This document shows positions 1-9,532 of a DNA stretch of 64,000 nt, piece by piece. The stretch spans positions 14,375-78,374 of the forward strand of contig JANRLX010000019.1 of the NCBI GenBank assembly GCA_033762115.1. The letters run 5' to 3'. Every line of letters begins with the position of its first letter. The first letter of the stretch is position 1. The notes below the pieces were generated by a model. The model did not search any database. It saw nothing but the letters and a program-made list of their open reading frames with translations, and was not told the origin of the DNA. The translations under genes were made by a program, and so were the position numbers. The DNA comes from Verrucomicrobiota bacterium (GTDB lineage Bacteria; Verrucomicrobiota; Verrucomicrobiia; Limisphaerales; SXQI01).

Positions 1-2
1 GA

Positions 3-821
3 GGTTTCAATGGCAGTGTCAGCGTTGCGCCGGTGACCCCCTGCCCTATGGAGTACCATTATCGCAACCGGATCATGATCCGGAGCCAGTGGGACAAGTT
101 CAAACAGGGTTTGAACATTGGGTTTATCAAAGCTGACAATCGATTGGTCTGCGATATTGAGGAGTGCAAAATTTCAGACCCGCTGTTGAATGAGCAAATC
201 CAGCAGGTCCGGAAAAATCCTCCACCCAAAGGTGGGATCAAAATTGTTTTGCGCGTAACTGATCCTGCCTGGGAAATCCCCCGCGATTCTTTTTTTCAAA
301 ATAATTTTCATCTGCTGCCGGCATTGGTGGAGGGAGTGAGGAGTTGCGTTCGATCCAGCCAGGTTCGTTATCTGGTGGATGTGTATTGTGGGGTGGGATT
401 TTTTGCACTGGAGCTGGCTTCGCTGGTGGAACGGTTTGTGGGGGTGGAACTGGATGCGCTGGCCATTCGCGCCGCACGAAAAAATCAGGAAAATCGTGGA
501 ATCACGAATGGAGAATTTCTGGATGGACGCGCTGAGTTGCTGCTGCCGGAGTTGCTACAGCGTTTTCCCGCCCGGGAAACTGTGGTGGTGCTTGATCCCC
601 CAAGGACTGGCTGTCCGCCTGAAAGCATTGAACAACTTCGCCAGGTGAGACCTGCGCAGATTATTTATATTTCCTGTCATCCTGCGACGCTGGCTCGGGA
701 CCTGGCGCTGTTATGCGCCGACGCGGTTTACCAGTTACAACAGGTGCAGCCATTTGATATGTTTCCGCAAACGCAGCATGTGGAGTGCGTTGCTGACCTG
801 AGGTTGATACGGAAGGATTAA
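3..821 (+). CDS. 23S rRNA (uracil-5)-methyltransferase, RlmD/TrmA family (5' truncated by window edge)
   Basis: SAM motif LVDVYCGVGFF, VVLDPPRTG, YISCHPATLARD and C-terminal FDMFPQTQHVE; frame is open back to the window start. Confidence 0.9.
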   Translation, partial: GFNGSVSVAPVTPCPMEYHYRNRIMIRSQWDKFKQGLNIGFIKADNRLVCDIEECKISDPLLNEQIQQVRKNPPPKGGIKIVLRVTDPAWEIPRDSFFQNNFHLLPALVEGVRSCVRSSQVRYLVDVYCGVGFFALELASLVERFVGVELDALAIRAARKNQENRGITNGEFLDGRAELLLPELLQRFPARETVVVLDPPRTGCPPESIEQLRQVRPAQIIYISCHPATLARDLALLCADAVYQLQQVQPFDMFPQTQHVECVADLRLIRKD

Positions 822-1162
822 CCGGGCGGCCAGGCCAGGGATCGGCCGCCCAGGATGTGGCAATGCAGATGGGGAACCGTTTCGCCAGCATCCCGCCCGT
901 TATTGATGACCAACCGATAGCCGCTTTCGGCGAGGCCTGCTTTCCTGGCAATCTCCGCTGCCTTGAGGAAGAGATGCCCAAGAAGTTCCCGGTCTGAAAG
1001 CGCAGCTTCGCCGATTCGCGGAATGACCTGTTTGGGAATTATCAGGATGTGGACCGGGGCAACGGGCTTGATATCATGAAAGGCAAACACCAGTTCATCC
1101 TCATAAACAATTTGAGCGGGGATTTCCCGGGCAATCAACCGTTCAAAAAGAGTTTTGCTCAT
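818..1162 (-). CDS. Histidine triad (HIT) nucleotide-binding protein
   Basis: HLHCHIL triad, FAFHDIKPVAPVHILIIPK, C-terminal WPPG. Confidence 0.95.
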   Translation of the reverse strand: MSKTLFERLIAREIPAQIVYEDELVFAFHDIKPVAPVHILIIPKQVIPRIGEAALSDRELLGHLFLKAAEIARKAGLAESGYRLVINNGRDAGETVPHLHCHILGGRSLAWPPG

Positions 1163-1174
1163 TGTCCCCCTTTG

Positions 1175-1735
1175 TCACAAAACCAAAAGGCCGCATTCCT
1201 GAGTGGTGGCTTCCGCTGTAAAGCATTCACGAAGATACTCCACAATTTGATCGTTTAAAGTCTGACAGCGATCATTCCAGCGTTGAGCGCCGATCAGTTG
1301 TTTGACGCAGCTGCGAAGCCCCTCGAAACGAACAATGCGGGGAGATTGGGAAAGTTGCAGCTTCACCTCTGCGCGCAATCTGGGAAAGAACAGGAGTTCA
1401 AAGGCCTTGTCGCAGGAGGTGGCAAGGGTACGCAGGTCAGAACGGGCGATCCGTTGTTCCTGGCCGGGATTATCTTCGGTGGAGATCACTTCAAACCCCA
1501 AGTGGTTTAACACTTTTTCAAGCGCCTGGGCGAATTCCTGAACGGAGACGGAATCCCGCTTGAGTTCGGTTTTGAAATAGTGGACGACAGCGGCGGCGGC
1601 TTCGCGCACCAGATGGGGATCAATGAACTGTGCGGCGTCTCCCATCAATTCAATGGTGACCTGCTCCGCGGAACAGGGCAGCTGTTCTCCTTTAGAAGTT
1701 TGAAAGATCAGACAGTCGGGATGCAATTGGATCAT
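1175..1735 (-). CDS. Hypothetical protein coupled to nrdR
   Basis: 186-aa ORF overlapping the nrdR stop by 4 nt (ATGA); no family recognised. Confidence 0.7.
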   Translation of the reverse strand: MIQLHPDCLIFQTSKGEQLPCSAEQVTIELMGDAAQFIDPHLVREAAAAVVHYFKTELKRDSVSVQEFAQALEKVLNHLGFEVISTEDNPGQEQRIARSDLRTLATSCDKAFELLFFPRLRAEVKLQLSQSPRIVRFEGLRSCVKQLIGAQRWNDRCQTLNDQIVEYLRECFTAEATTQECGLLVL

Positions 1736-2187
1736 TGTGGTTCCTCCAGTTTTTTGACTTCCTGAACAAATTGTGTGGGTTCTTCGAAACGGCGGTAGAC
1801 ACTGGCAAATCGGACATAAGCAATCTGGTCCAGCGAGCGGAGCCCTTCCATGACCCGCTCTCCAATCGCCATCGAGGGGACTTCCCGGTCGTAACGGTCC
1901 TCAATTTCCTGGATAATGCGGTCCACCATATCGTCAATATCCTTCGGAGTGACGGGACGTTTCTGGCAGGCGATACGGATGCTGGCGTGAAGTTTTTCTC
2001 GGGAAAAGGGTTCGCGTCGATCATCGCGCTTGGCCACGGTCATGGCCTCATGCTCGATTTCCTCGTAGGTGGTATAGCGGTGGCTGCAACCGAGACATTC
2101 ACGGCGTCGGCGAATGGTTGCTCCTTCTCGGGAAGTGCGGGAATCGATGACCTTATCTTCCTGGCAACCGCATTTACTGCAACGCAT
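1732..2187 (-). CDS. nrdR: Transcriptional repressor NrdR
   Basis: MRCSKCG...VIDSR...IRRRRECLGCSHRYTTYE Zn ribbon, ATP cone and AYVRFASVYR; start refined to ATG at 2187. Confidence 0.97.
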   Translation of the reverse strand: MRCSKCGCQEDKVIDSRTSREGATIRRRRECLGCSHRYTTYEEIEHEAMTVAKRDDRREPFSREKLHASIRIACQKRPVTPKDIDDMVDRIIQEIEDRYDREVPSMAIGERVMEGLRSLDQIAYVRFASVYRRFEEPTQFVQEVKKLEEPQ

Positions 2188-2323
2188 AATGTTGGGTTTG
2201 AACCCACTCTGCTGTGGCAAGAGTTATGTAGCATACAACTAATTGTGGTGTCAATGAATTTTCGAAAAGTGCACTCATTTTGTCCCGCTGGACAGCAGAG
2301 CGTAAGGAACTTACGTTTTTTCG

Positions 2324-2691
2324 ATGAAAAGTGTCGCTGTCGTGGGGGCGTCGAATGCCGTAATAAATTCGGAAACAAAGCCTTTCGAGGGTTCTTGCAG
2401 AAAGGTTATAAAGCCTTCCCGGTTCACCCGATTGAAACGGAAGTTGAAGGGCATCCCGCATTCAGGTCGATCAGAGAATTGCCGGAGCGCCCGGATATCG
2501 TCACGATTTATGTAGCGCCGCCGGTGTTGTTGAAGTTGTTACCGGAAATTGCGGAAAAAGGGTGCGATGAATTGTGGCTGAACCCAGGCACGGTGACCCA
2601 GGAAGTTTTGTCAAAAGCAACTGAACTGGGGCTTAAACCGGTGCAATTGTGCAGTATCATTGCAATTGGCCTTTCTCCTTCCAGTTTGTAG
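2324..2691 (+). pseudogene. CoA-binding (YccU-like) protein split by a 1-nt frameshift near 2357 (pseudogene or sequencing error)
   Basis: MKSVAVVGASN in one frame continues as RNKFGNKAF...PVHP...WLNPG...CSII in another frame. Confidence 0.8.
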
Positions 2692-2761
2692 GCAATGTAA
2701 CCATCAGGTCACGATTGAGGGGGCGGGTTGCCAATCTGCAACTCTCAGGGATAATCGCGGC

Positions 2762-3817
2762 ATGGAAGTTGTGCCAGTCGATAAAATGGTAATGACGGAG
2801 AAGCCACCGATTGATCCTGAACTGAAGAGGCGGATTCAGGATTTAATCAATTACAAAGGTGGAGGTTATAACCCGGACCTTGTCGAAGACATCATCATTA
2901 ATGCTTTGAAGATGCTGCATGATGTGCAGCATCGAGGTGACGTTCGGGTCATTCAAACTGCGGTGCGGGAATTGCGTTACGCCTTCAAGCTTTTTGCTCC
3001 TTACATCGAGAAGAGAAAGGTGACGATTTTTGGCAGCGCACGAACCATGCCCACGCGAGTGGAATATCAGCAATGCGTGGAGTTTGCCCGAAAAATTTCA
3101 GAAGCAGGCTACATGGTGATCACGGGGGCAGGGCCGGGAATCATGCAGGCGGGACATGAAGGAGCGGGTTCCGAAATGAGTTTCGGCGCGAACATCCGCC
3201 TTCCATGGGAGCAGTCAGCCAATGCGGTGATGATCAAGGACAAGAAACTGATCACGTTCAAATATTTCTTTACCCGCAAACTGACGTTTATTCGCCATTC
3301 AGATGCGATTGTGCTCTTTCCTGGAGGATTCGGAACGATGGATGAAGGGTATGAAGCGCTGACATTGATGCAGACTGGCAAAGCCCAGTTGATGCCGCTG
3401 GTGTTGATGGATCGGCCCGGAGGGACTTACTGGAAAACCTGGGACAAGAATGTCAAAGAGCATCTGTTGCGAAACCAATTGATTTCCCCGGACGATCTGA
3501 ATCTGTATCAGTTTACGGACAGCGCAGAACAGGCGGTGAAATGGATCACCCGTTTTTATCGGAATTTCCATTCATTCCGCTGGGTGAAGGAAATCCTTGT
3601 GATTCGACTGAAATATGCGCCATCGGAATCGGCGATTGAAGGTTTGAACGAGGATTTTGCAGACATTATCTCGGGGGAAAAAATTCATCAGATAGAGCCC
3701 ACGAAAGAGGAGATTGAAGATCATGATTTTGTGGCTTTGCCCCGTATCGCTTTTGGGTTTGACCGAAGGCATTATGGGCGGTTGCGTCAACTGATCGATG
3801 TGCTGAACTCGTTCTGA
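2762..3817 (+). CDS. LOG family (TIGR00730-type) nucleotide 5'-monophosphate phosphoribohydrolase
   Basis: VTIFGSAR, ITGAGPGIM, FKYFFTRK and PGGFGTMDE motifs; exact start uncertain (2762-2792). Confidence 0.9.
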   Translation: MEVVPVDKMVMTEKPPIDPELKRRIQDLINYKGGGYNPDLVEDIIINALKMLHDVQHRGDVRVIQTAVRELRYAFKLFAPYIEKRKVTIFGSARTMPTRVEYQQCVEFARKISEAGYMVITGAGPGIMQAGHEGAGSEMSFGANIRLPWEQSANAVMIKDKKLITFKYFFTRKLTFIRHSDAIVLFPGGFGTMDEGYEALTLMQTGKAQLMPLVLMDRPGGTYWKTWDKNVKEHLLRNQLISPDDLNLYQFTDSAEQAVKWITRFYRNFHSFRWVKEILVIRLKYAPSESAIEGLNEDFADIISGEKIHQIEPTKEEIEDHDFVALPRIAFGFDRRHYGRLRQLIDVLNSF

Positions 3818-4018
3818 ATTCAATCAGTGAAGCAATAGCCCAATGGATCCAGAGAAGATGTCAGCGGAGGAAATTGAGGAGGCGAACCGGATCATTCGTT
3901 CGCTGGAAGCGCCGGAGCCATGGACAGCGTGTCCGATCTTTCAGGCAGCTTGATGAGACGGCTTGCAGCCCGCGCGTTTTGATTGTTCGACGAAAAGAGA
4001 GCGATGTAGAGTGGGCGG

Positions 4019-4801
4019 ATGTTGGCGAAACGAGTCATACCATGCCTGGATGTGCATGATGGTCAGGTCACGCGCGGGGTGCAGTTCGGCAAAGCGGAAG
4101 CGGGAGAATTGCGGAATGTGGGGGACCCGGTGGAACTGGCCTTGCGTTATAATGAGCAGGGGGCGGATGAGATGGTGTTTTTTGACATTACTGCCAGCGC
4201 TCATGGACGCCACACAATGATCGATGTGATTGAGCGGGTTGCCGAGCGTTGTTTCATGCCACTGACAGTTGGAGGAGGAATCCGGACAGTGGAAGACATG
4301 GGCGCGCTATTGAAGGCGGGAGCGGACAAAACGAGCATCAATTCTTCGGCGCTGGATAATCCGGATTTGATCCGGCAGGGTGCGGAGAAATTCGGAAGTC
4401 AATGCATCGTTGTTTCGATTGACGCACGGAAAACCGGGCCTGACCGGTGGGAGGTTTTTTCGCATGGAGGACGAAAAGCGACCGGTCTGGACGCGCTTGA
4501 ATGGGCGGAAAAGGCAGTCCGGCTGGGGGCGGGAGAGATCGTGCTCAACAGCATTGATGCGGATGGAACAAAGAAAGGTTTCGACCTGGTGATCACGCGC
4601 CGTGTGAGTGAAACGGTAAATGTGCCGGTGGTGGCCAGCGGGGGGGCGGGAAATGTGGAGCACATGGCGGAGGTGTTGCTGGCGGGAAAAGCGGATGCTG
4701 TGCTGGCGGCGAGTATTTTCCATTTCGGTGAGGTGACAGTGGCGGATGTGAAAGGGCATCTTGCCTCGAAAGGGATTGCTGTCCGTTTAATTCAGGATTG
4801 A
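4019..4801 (+). CDS. hisF: Imidazole glycerol phosphate synthase cyclase subunit
   Basis: [52 protein letters not shown]. Confidence 0.97.
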   Translation: MLAKRVIPCLDVHDGQVTRGVQFGKAEAGELRNVGDPVELALRYNEQGADEMVFFDITASAHGRHTMIDVIERVAERCFMPLTVGGGIRTVEDMGALLKAGADKTSINSSALDNPDLIRQGAEKFGSQCIVVSIDARKTGPDRWEVFSHGGRKATGLDALEWAEKAVRLGAGEIVLNSIDADGTKKGFDLVITRRVSETVNVPVVASGGAGNVEHMAEVLLAGKADAVLAASIFHFGEVTVADVKGHLASKGIAVRLIQD

Positions 4802-5148
4802 TGATGAAAAACTGGTTACTACCCATTTTGCTTCTGGTGCTTTCGAACATTTTCATGACGTTTGCCTGGTACGGACATTTGAAGCACAAAAATTCACCGC
4901 TCTGGATGGCTATTTTGGCGAGTTGGGGAATCGCCTTTTTTGAGTATCTATTGATGGTTCCGGCGAACCGCTGGGGAAGCGCGACTTATTCGACAGCGGA
5001 ACTGAAAATCATCCAGGAGGTGGTGACGCTGGGGGTGTTCGGCGGTTTTCTGCTGTTTTATATGGGTGAAAAACTGCGATGGAACCACTTCGCCGCGTTT
5101 TGTTGCATTTTGGCAGCAGTCGCTTTTACATTTCTGCCGCGGCGGTAA
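4801..5148 (+). CDS. Small DMT-family membrane protein (DUF486-like)
   Basis: SNIFMTFAWYGHLK, SWGIAFFEY, VPANR, LKIIQEV; about 4 TM helices. Confidence 0.85.
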   Translation: MMKNWLLPILLLVLSNIFMTFAWYGHLKHKNSPLWMAILASWGIAFFEYLLMVPANRWGSATYSTAELKIIQEVVTLGVFGGFLLFYMGEKLRWNHFAAFCCILAAVAFTFLPRR

Positions 5149-5163
5149 CCCAGCCCAAATTGC

Positions 5164-5553
5164 ATGAGTTTTATCGATTCTTTAAAGTTCAATTCGGACG
5201 GCTTGATCCCGGCAATTGTGCAGGAGCAGTCGAGTGGCCGTGTGTTGATGATGGCCTGGATGAACCGGGCGAGCCTGGAAAAAACTGTGGAGACCGGGAA
5301 GACGGTATTCTGGAGCCGTTCACGGCAGAAGTTCTGGATCAAAGGCGAAACAAGCGGCCACTTCCAGATTGTGAAAGACCTGGCGTTCGATTGTGATGGA
5401 GACACCCTGCTGGTCCAGGTGGAGCAGACTGGCGCAGCCTGTCATGAGGGGTACAAATCCTGTTTTTTCCGGTCAGTGACTGAAGCGGGCAAAACGGTGC
5501 GGGTGACCGAGCCACGGTTGGCGAATCCCGACGACGTTTACAAAAAGAGCTGA
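5164..5553 (+). CDS. hisI: Phosphoribosyl-AMP cyclohydrolase
   Basis: [34 protein letters not shown]. Confidence 0.95.
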   Translation: MSFIDSLKFNSDGLIPAIVQEQSSGRVLMMAWMNRASLEKTVETGKTVFWSRSRQKFWIKGETSGHFQIVKDLAFDCDGDTLLVQVEQTGAACHEGYKSCFFRSVTEAGKTVRVTEPRLANPDDVYKKS

Positions 5554-6071
5554 TGGAAGAGCTCGTCCCATTTGGGAGCTTCACCTATTTTCTCATGCTT
5601 GGAATGCTGCTGTTTTCGCGCAGCATGGATTTTATCAGCACCTGGATCGCCACACCAAATCTTGTGCTGGAGGCAAACCCATTGGCCAAACGGTTGGGAT
5701 GGAAATGGGGGATTCTGCTCAACCTGCTTTTTTGCGGGGCGGTGCCGGTCTGGCCGTTGCCCGCAATCATGATTGCCACGACCTCTCTGCTGGTCGCGGC
5801 GCGAAATTTTCAATCCGCCTGGCTGATGCGAAGCATGGGAGAGCAGGCGTATCGAGCCTGGATGGCGCAGCAATTATCACAAATATCAAGGAACCTGTTT
5901 TTGACCTGCCTGTTTGCGCAAACGGCCCTTTACGGCCTGATCGGGGTGGCGTTGCTCTATTTCAGCCACATGCACCTGGTGCCATTTGCGGTGGGGATGG
6001 GAATGATTACTTATGCTGTGGCGGTGACTCTTTACACACTGCTTTCAGTGTGGCGGATTGGGCGGTTGTAG
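5553..6071 (+). CDS. Hypothetical membrane protein
   Basis: 172-aa hydrophobic ORF coupled to hisI (TGATG); EANPLA motif. Confidence 0.7.
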   Translation: MEELVPFGSFTYFLMLGMLLFSRSMDFISTWIATPNLVLEANPLAKRLGWKWGILLNLLFCGAVPVWPLPAIMIATTSLLVAARNFQSAWLMRSMGEQAYRAWMAQQLSQISRNLFLTCLFAQTALYGLIGVALLYFSHMHLVPFAVGMGMITYAVAVTLYTLLSVWRIGRL

Positions 6072-6156
6072 AACCTCCGGGAGTTTACAAGGAGGGTCGG
6101 CAGGTTTGGGCAAATGCCAAATCCCTTGCAAGGCGGGCTGGCGACAATTATGAGAT

Positions 6157-7686
6157 GTGTCTATGTGCACGCCGACATTGGAAGAATTCCTGGAATTGAG
6201 CAAAAAGGGGAACCTGATTCCTGTGACGAGGCGGTTGCTGGCGGATTTTGAAACGCCTGTCTCAGCATATTCCAAGATTCGAGGCCAGGGCGAATCGTTC
6301 TTGTTTGAATCGGTGGAAGGGGGGGAGCATCTGGGGCGTTATTCGTTTGTGGGATGCAATCCACGAGGAATTATTCGGCAAACGGAAGGGGTGGTGGAAT
6401 ATCTTGAGAACGGAAAAGTAGTCGAGAGTTACCCAATCCGGCCAGGGAGTGGGCAGGGTGAAAGCTCATTGGGTGATGGGTTGTTCCTGGTGGAAAAAAT
6501 GTTGAGCCGTTACAAGCCGGTGGTGGTTCCAGGATTGCCCAGATTTACCGGTGGTGCGGTGGGGTTCATCGGTTATGAATTTATTCATGATGTGGAACCG
6601 GTGGTGCCACGCCCGGAGCGAAATGATCTCGAGACGCCAACGCTTTATTTCCTGCTCGCGGATGAGTTGCTGATTTTTGACCGGGTGGCACAAACGTTGA
6701 CCGTGCTGGTGAATGCGATTGTGGAGGATGGGGTTCAACCGGCGGAAGCTTATGAGAATGCAGTTTCGGAAATCGAGCGGTTGATCTCGTTGCTGGAGCA
6801 GCCGCTGGAGCATAAGCCAATGACGGTCCCGGTTGAGCCGCCACATTGTCCTTTTGAATCGAACATCAGCAAGGAGGAGTTTCTCGCGAACGTGCAGCGC
6901 TCGAAGAAGTACATTACGAGCGGGGACATCATCCAGGTGGTGGGATCGCAACGGTTTTCAACAGAGGTGAAGGCAGCGCCGTTGGATATTTATCGGGCAG
7001 CGCGTTCGATCAATCCTTCACCATATATGTTTCTGCTGGAGTTGGAGGGGTTTTCATTGGTGGGAGCTTCGCCGGAAATCCATGTGCGTTGCGAGGAGAG
7101 GAAAGTGGAAATACGCCCAATCGCGGGGACACGGCCGCGTGGAAAAAGTGAGGAGGAGGATTTGCGGAATGAGAAGGAGTTGCTGGCCGACCCGAAGGAA
7201 CGGGCGGAGCATGTGATGCTGGTGGATTTGGCGAGGAATGACCTGGGGCGCGTGTGTGACTTTGGTTCGGTGCATGTCAAAGACCTGATGACCATTGAGC
7301 GTTACAGCCATGTAATGCATATTGTTTCACAGGTGGAAGGGAAACTTTCGCGGGAGCGAACCCCTTATGATTTGATGCGGGCAACCTTCCCTGCGGGAAC
7401 GTTGTCCGGCGCGCCAAAAATCAGGGCCATGCAGATTATTGCAGAACTGGAGCAGAGCCAGCGTGGGCCTTACGGCGGGTGCGTGGGATATTTTTCATTC
7501 AACGGGAACCTGGATTGCTGCATTACCATCCGCACGGCGTTGTTAAAGGATGGAAAGGCTTATGTGCAAAGTGGCGGCGGCTGGGTGAATGATTCGGAGC
7601 CTGAAGCCGAGTTCCAGGAAACAGTAAACAAATCGAAAGCGATGTTGAAGGCAGTGGCGATGGCGGAAAGTTTTATGCGCGAATAG
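6157..7686 (+). CDS. trpE: Anthranilate synthase component I
   Basis: FLFESVEGGE..GRYS, NPSPYM, PIAGTRPRG, EHVMLVDLARND, FPAGTLSGAPKIRAM. Confidence 0.95.
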   Translation: MSMCTPTLEEFLELSKKGNLIPVTRRLLADFETPVSAYSKIRGQGESFLFESVEGGEHLGRYSFVGCNPRGIIRQTEGVVEYLENGKVVESYPIRPGSGQGESSLGDGLFLVEKMLSRYKPVVVPGLPRFTGGAVGFIGYEFIHDVEPVVPRPERNDLETPTLYFLLADELLIFDRVAQTLTVLVNAIVEDGVQPAEAYENAVSEIERLISLLEQPLEHKPMTVPVEPPHCPFESNISKEEFLANVQRSKKYITSGDIIQVVGSQRFSTEVKAAPLDIYRAARSINPSPYMFLLELEGFSLVGASPEIHVRCEERKVEIRPIAGTRPRGKSEEEDLRNEKELLADPKERAEHVMLVDLARNDLGRVCDFGSVHVKDLMTIERYSHVMHIVSQVEGKLSRERTPYDLMRATFPAGTLSGAPKIRAMQIIAELEQSQRGPYGGCVGYFSFNGNLDCCITIRTALLKDGKAYVQSGGGWVNDSEPEAEFQETVNKSKAMLKAVAMAESFMRE

Positions 7687-7706
7687 AGAAGTAATTTAAC
7701 AGGAGA

Positions 7707-7740
7707 AAAACAAAAGCGGCCTTTCGGCCGCTTTTGTTTT
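7707..7740. terminator. Bidirectional intrinsic terminator between convergent trpE and flagellin
   Basis: AAAACAAAAGCGGCC-TTTC-GGCCGCTTTTGTTTT perfect inverted repeat with A/T tracts on both sides. Confidence 0.9.
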
Positions 7741-7767
7741 GATGCGAAACAACCATTAACCTCTGAA

Positions 7768-8571
7768 TCACTGCAAAAGTCGAAGCACGCTTTGGGGCAT
7801 CTGGTTGGCCTGAGCGAGCATGGCGGTGCCGGATTGAACAAGGATGTTCTGCCTGGCAAATTGGGTGGATTCCTCGGCGACATCCACATCCTTGATGCGG
7901 GAGCTGGCGGCGGTGAGGTTTTCCCTTGTGATGGTCAATTGTTCAACCGTGAAATTCAAACGGGATTGATAGGCCCCGATGGTGGCACGATCCTGTGAAA
8001 GCTGGTCAATGGCCAATTTGACGTTGGTCAACGCAGTGGTGGCATCCGTGAGGGTGCCGATGCTGGAGCCAGTGGCGTCGGTGTAAGCAGCCACGCCGAG
8101 GTCGATCCCGTCCATCGTGAAAGTATTTCCTTCCGCATCCGCGGTGACGGGAAGGGGAGTTGCGGAAAAAAGTGGGACGCCATTGAAATCGCGTGTCGAG
8201 GCGTTGGAGATATAGGCGCTGAGTTGCTGGAACTCGGTGTCGTAGAGACCGCGGTCAGCATCGGTTTTGGTCGTGTCCTGAGCGAGAATGGCCAGTTCGC
8301 TCATGCGGTCGAGGGCCTTGCCGATTTTCTTGAGAAAACCATCCTGAGTCTGGGTAAAGGAAATGGCGTTGCCGACGTTGGAGTTGGCGGCGGAAAGCCG
8401 TTGGATCTGGGCGTCGAGCCGTGAAGCGACGGCGAGGCCTGCGGCGTCATCAGCGGGGCTGACGATTTTTGAGCCGGAGCTGAGTCGGGCGAGGCTTTTG
8501 CCAAGGGCGGTGGAGCTGGCCTGCAGGTTGTTCGCTGCGGCCTGTGCGGATGTGTTTGTATTGATGACCAT
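7768..8571 (-). CDS. fliC: Flagellin (minimal, D0-D1 only)
   Basis: MVINTN..A, RLSSG, DDAAGLA, SRIKDVDVAEE, QANQMPQSVLRLLQ. Confidence 0.96.
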   Translation of the reverse strand: MVINTNTSAQAAANNLQASSTALGKSLARLSSGSKIVSPADDAAGLAVASRLDAQIQRLSAANSNVGNAISFTQTQDGFLKKIGKALDRMSELAILAQDTTKTDADRGLYDTEFQQLSAYISNASTRDFNGVPLFSATPLPVTADAEGNTFTMDGIDLGVAAYTDATGSSIGTLTDATTALTNVKLAIDQLSQDRATIGAYQSRLNFTVEQLTITRENLTAASSRIKDVDVAEESTQFARQNILVQSGTAMLAQANQMPQSVLRLLQ

Positions 8572-8590
8572 ATGTTTTCCTGGTTAAGGG

Positions 8591-8842
8591 TTAGACGAGC
8601 GCAGCAACTGCATTGACGCCGCTTGTGGCGGCGGAAAGTTTTGGAACGGAGGAGCGGCCTTTGCGACGGGCTTCCTGGTTGTTCTGTTGGATTTCGATAT
8701 AAATTTCCTGACGGTGAATGGGAATTTCGGAGGGGGCTTCGATGCCGAGCTTGACCACATCGCCATCAACCCGGACGACTTTGACAGTGATCCGACCATC
8801 GATCACCACACTTTCTCCGGACTTTCTGGAAAGAACTAACAT
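8591..8842 (-). CDS. csrA: Carbon storage regulator CsrA
   Basis: MLVLSRKSGESVVI...VKLGIEAP.EIPIHRQEI. Confidence 0.96.
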   Translation of the reverse strand: MLVLSRKSGESVVIDGRITVKVVRVDGDVVKLGIEAPSEIPIHRQEIYIEIQQNNQEARRKGRSSVPKLSAATSGVNAVAALV

Positions 8843-8863
8843 AGGTTTGGCAGGTTCAGGTTT

Positions 8864-9292
8864 TCAGGCGACTGGCAAAGGGTGTTGCAGGGAGTAATCT
8901 GCGGCATTCACCAGGACGACTTGCTTGCCGATCAAGGTATGGCGATTGATCACGACCGGGCCTTTGAGGTTCATGGTGGCACCACCAGTGCGGAGAGTGA
9001 CAATATTAAAGATCCAGGCATCCAAAGGAGAGGTGAGGCCAAGGAACTGGACATCTTCATCACTGATTTCAGGCTGGTATTCAGGAACAAAATCGAATGG
9101 GGGGATGACAAGGAAAGCCAGGTTCACATCGTCGCTCGCCTGGAGCCAGCTGAAAGGCGCTTCCTCCATCTCGCTCGAGAGCAGGTAAAATTTAATCGAT
9201 TCGAACCCAAGCAAACCTGCCGGGAGGTGAATTTGTTCCTGCCGGGAAAGTTCCGGTGTTGTCATCAGCTCAGTTTTTTCGAGCGTTGTCAT
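8864..9292 (-). CDS. fliW: Flagellar assembly factor / CsrA antagonist FliW
   Basis: LPAGLLGFE, WLQ, LAFLVIPPF, TMNLKGPVVIN..GKQVVL; located next to csrA. Confidence 0.92.
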   Translation of the reverse strand: MTTLEKTELMTTPELSRQEQIHLPAGLLGFESIKFYLLSSEMEEAPFSWLQASDDVNLAFLVIPPFDFVPEYQPEISDEDVQFLGLTSPLDAWIFNIVTLRTGGATMNLKGPVVINRHTLIGKQVVLVNAADYSLQHPLPVA

Positions 9293-9306
9293 ACGATGGG
9301 CGGTTA

Positions 9307-9323
9307 AGCAAAGGGTATGCCAG
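9307..9323 (-). promoter_or_regulatory. Sigma-54 -24/-12 promoter for fliW-csrA-fliC
   Basis: Minus strand CTGGCATACCCTTTGCT with exact GG-N10-GC spacing, just upstream of fliW. Confidence 0.75.
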
Positions 9324-9486
9324 CACGATCAAAGCTTAAGGGTGTCTTGTGTATCATGTTTGGAATCAGCGTGTTGTGAATTCTGGATTGGAAGGTGTTT
9401 TAAAAACGGGAGAATTTTTCCGGCTGTTTGAACGGTTCAAGGAGGTAACCCGGCAAAATTCTCCCAGCCCAATTAAGGCTTCATCT

Positions 9487-9513
9487 TAAGAACTGCCTCT
9501 GCTTTTCCGATAG
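9487..9513 (+). promoter_or_regulatory. Sigma-28 (FliA)-type promoter for cheR operon
   Basis: TAAG-N15-TCCGATAG vs consensus TAAA-N15-GCCGATAA, about 20 nt before the cheR ATG. Confidence 0.6.
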
Positions 9514-9532
9514 AAAGAGAGAGCGAGAAACC

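Noticed and set aside
2178..2205. dif-like CGCATAATGT sequence
   Set aside because: It coincides with the nrdR start codon, lacks a TTATGTTAAAT-like XerD arm and is far from the skew switch.
1735..2323. 318-aa + strand ORF (1735-2691)
   Set aside because: The N-terminal part is the antisense shadow of nrdR; only the 3' part belongs to the frameshifted CoA-binding gene.
2762..3817. LOG enzyme plus CHASE kinase as a cytokinin synthesis/sensing system
   Set aside because: The genes are about 13 kb apart with no operon link. The LOG has the PGGxGTxDE long form common in bacteria, and CHASE ligands are diverse.
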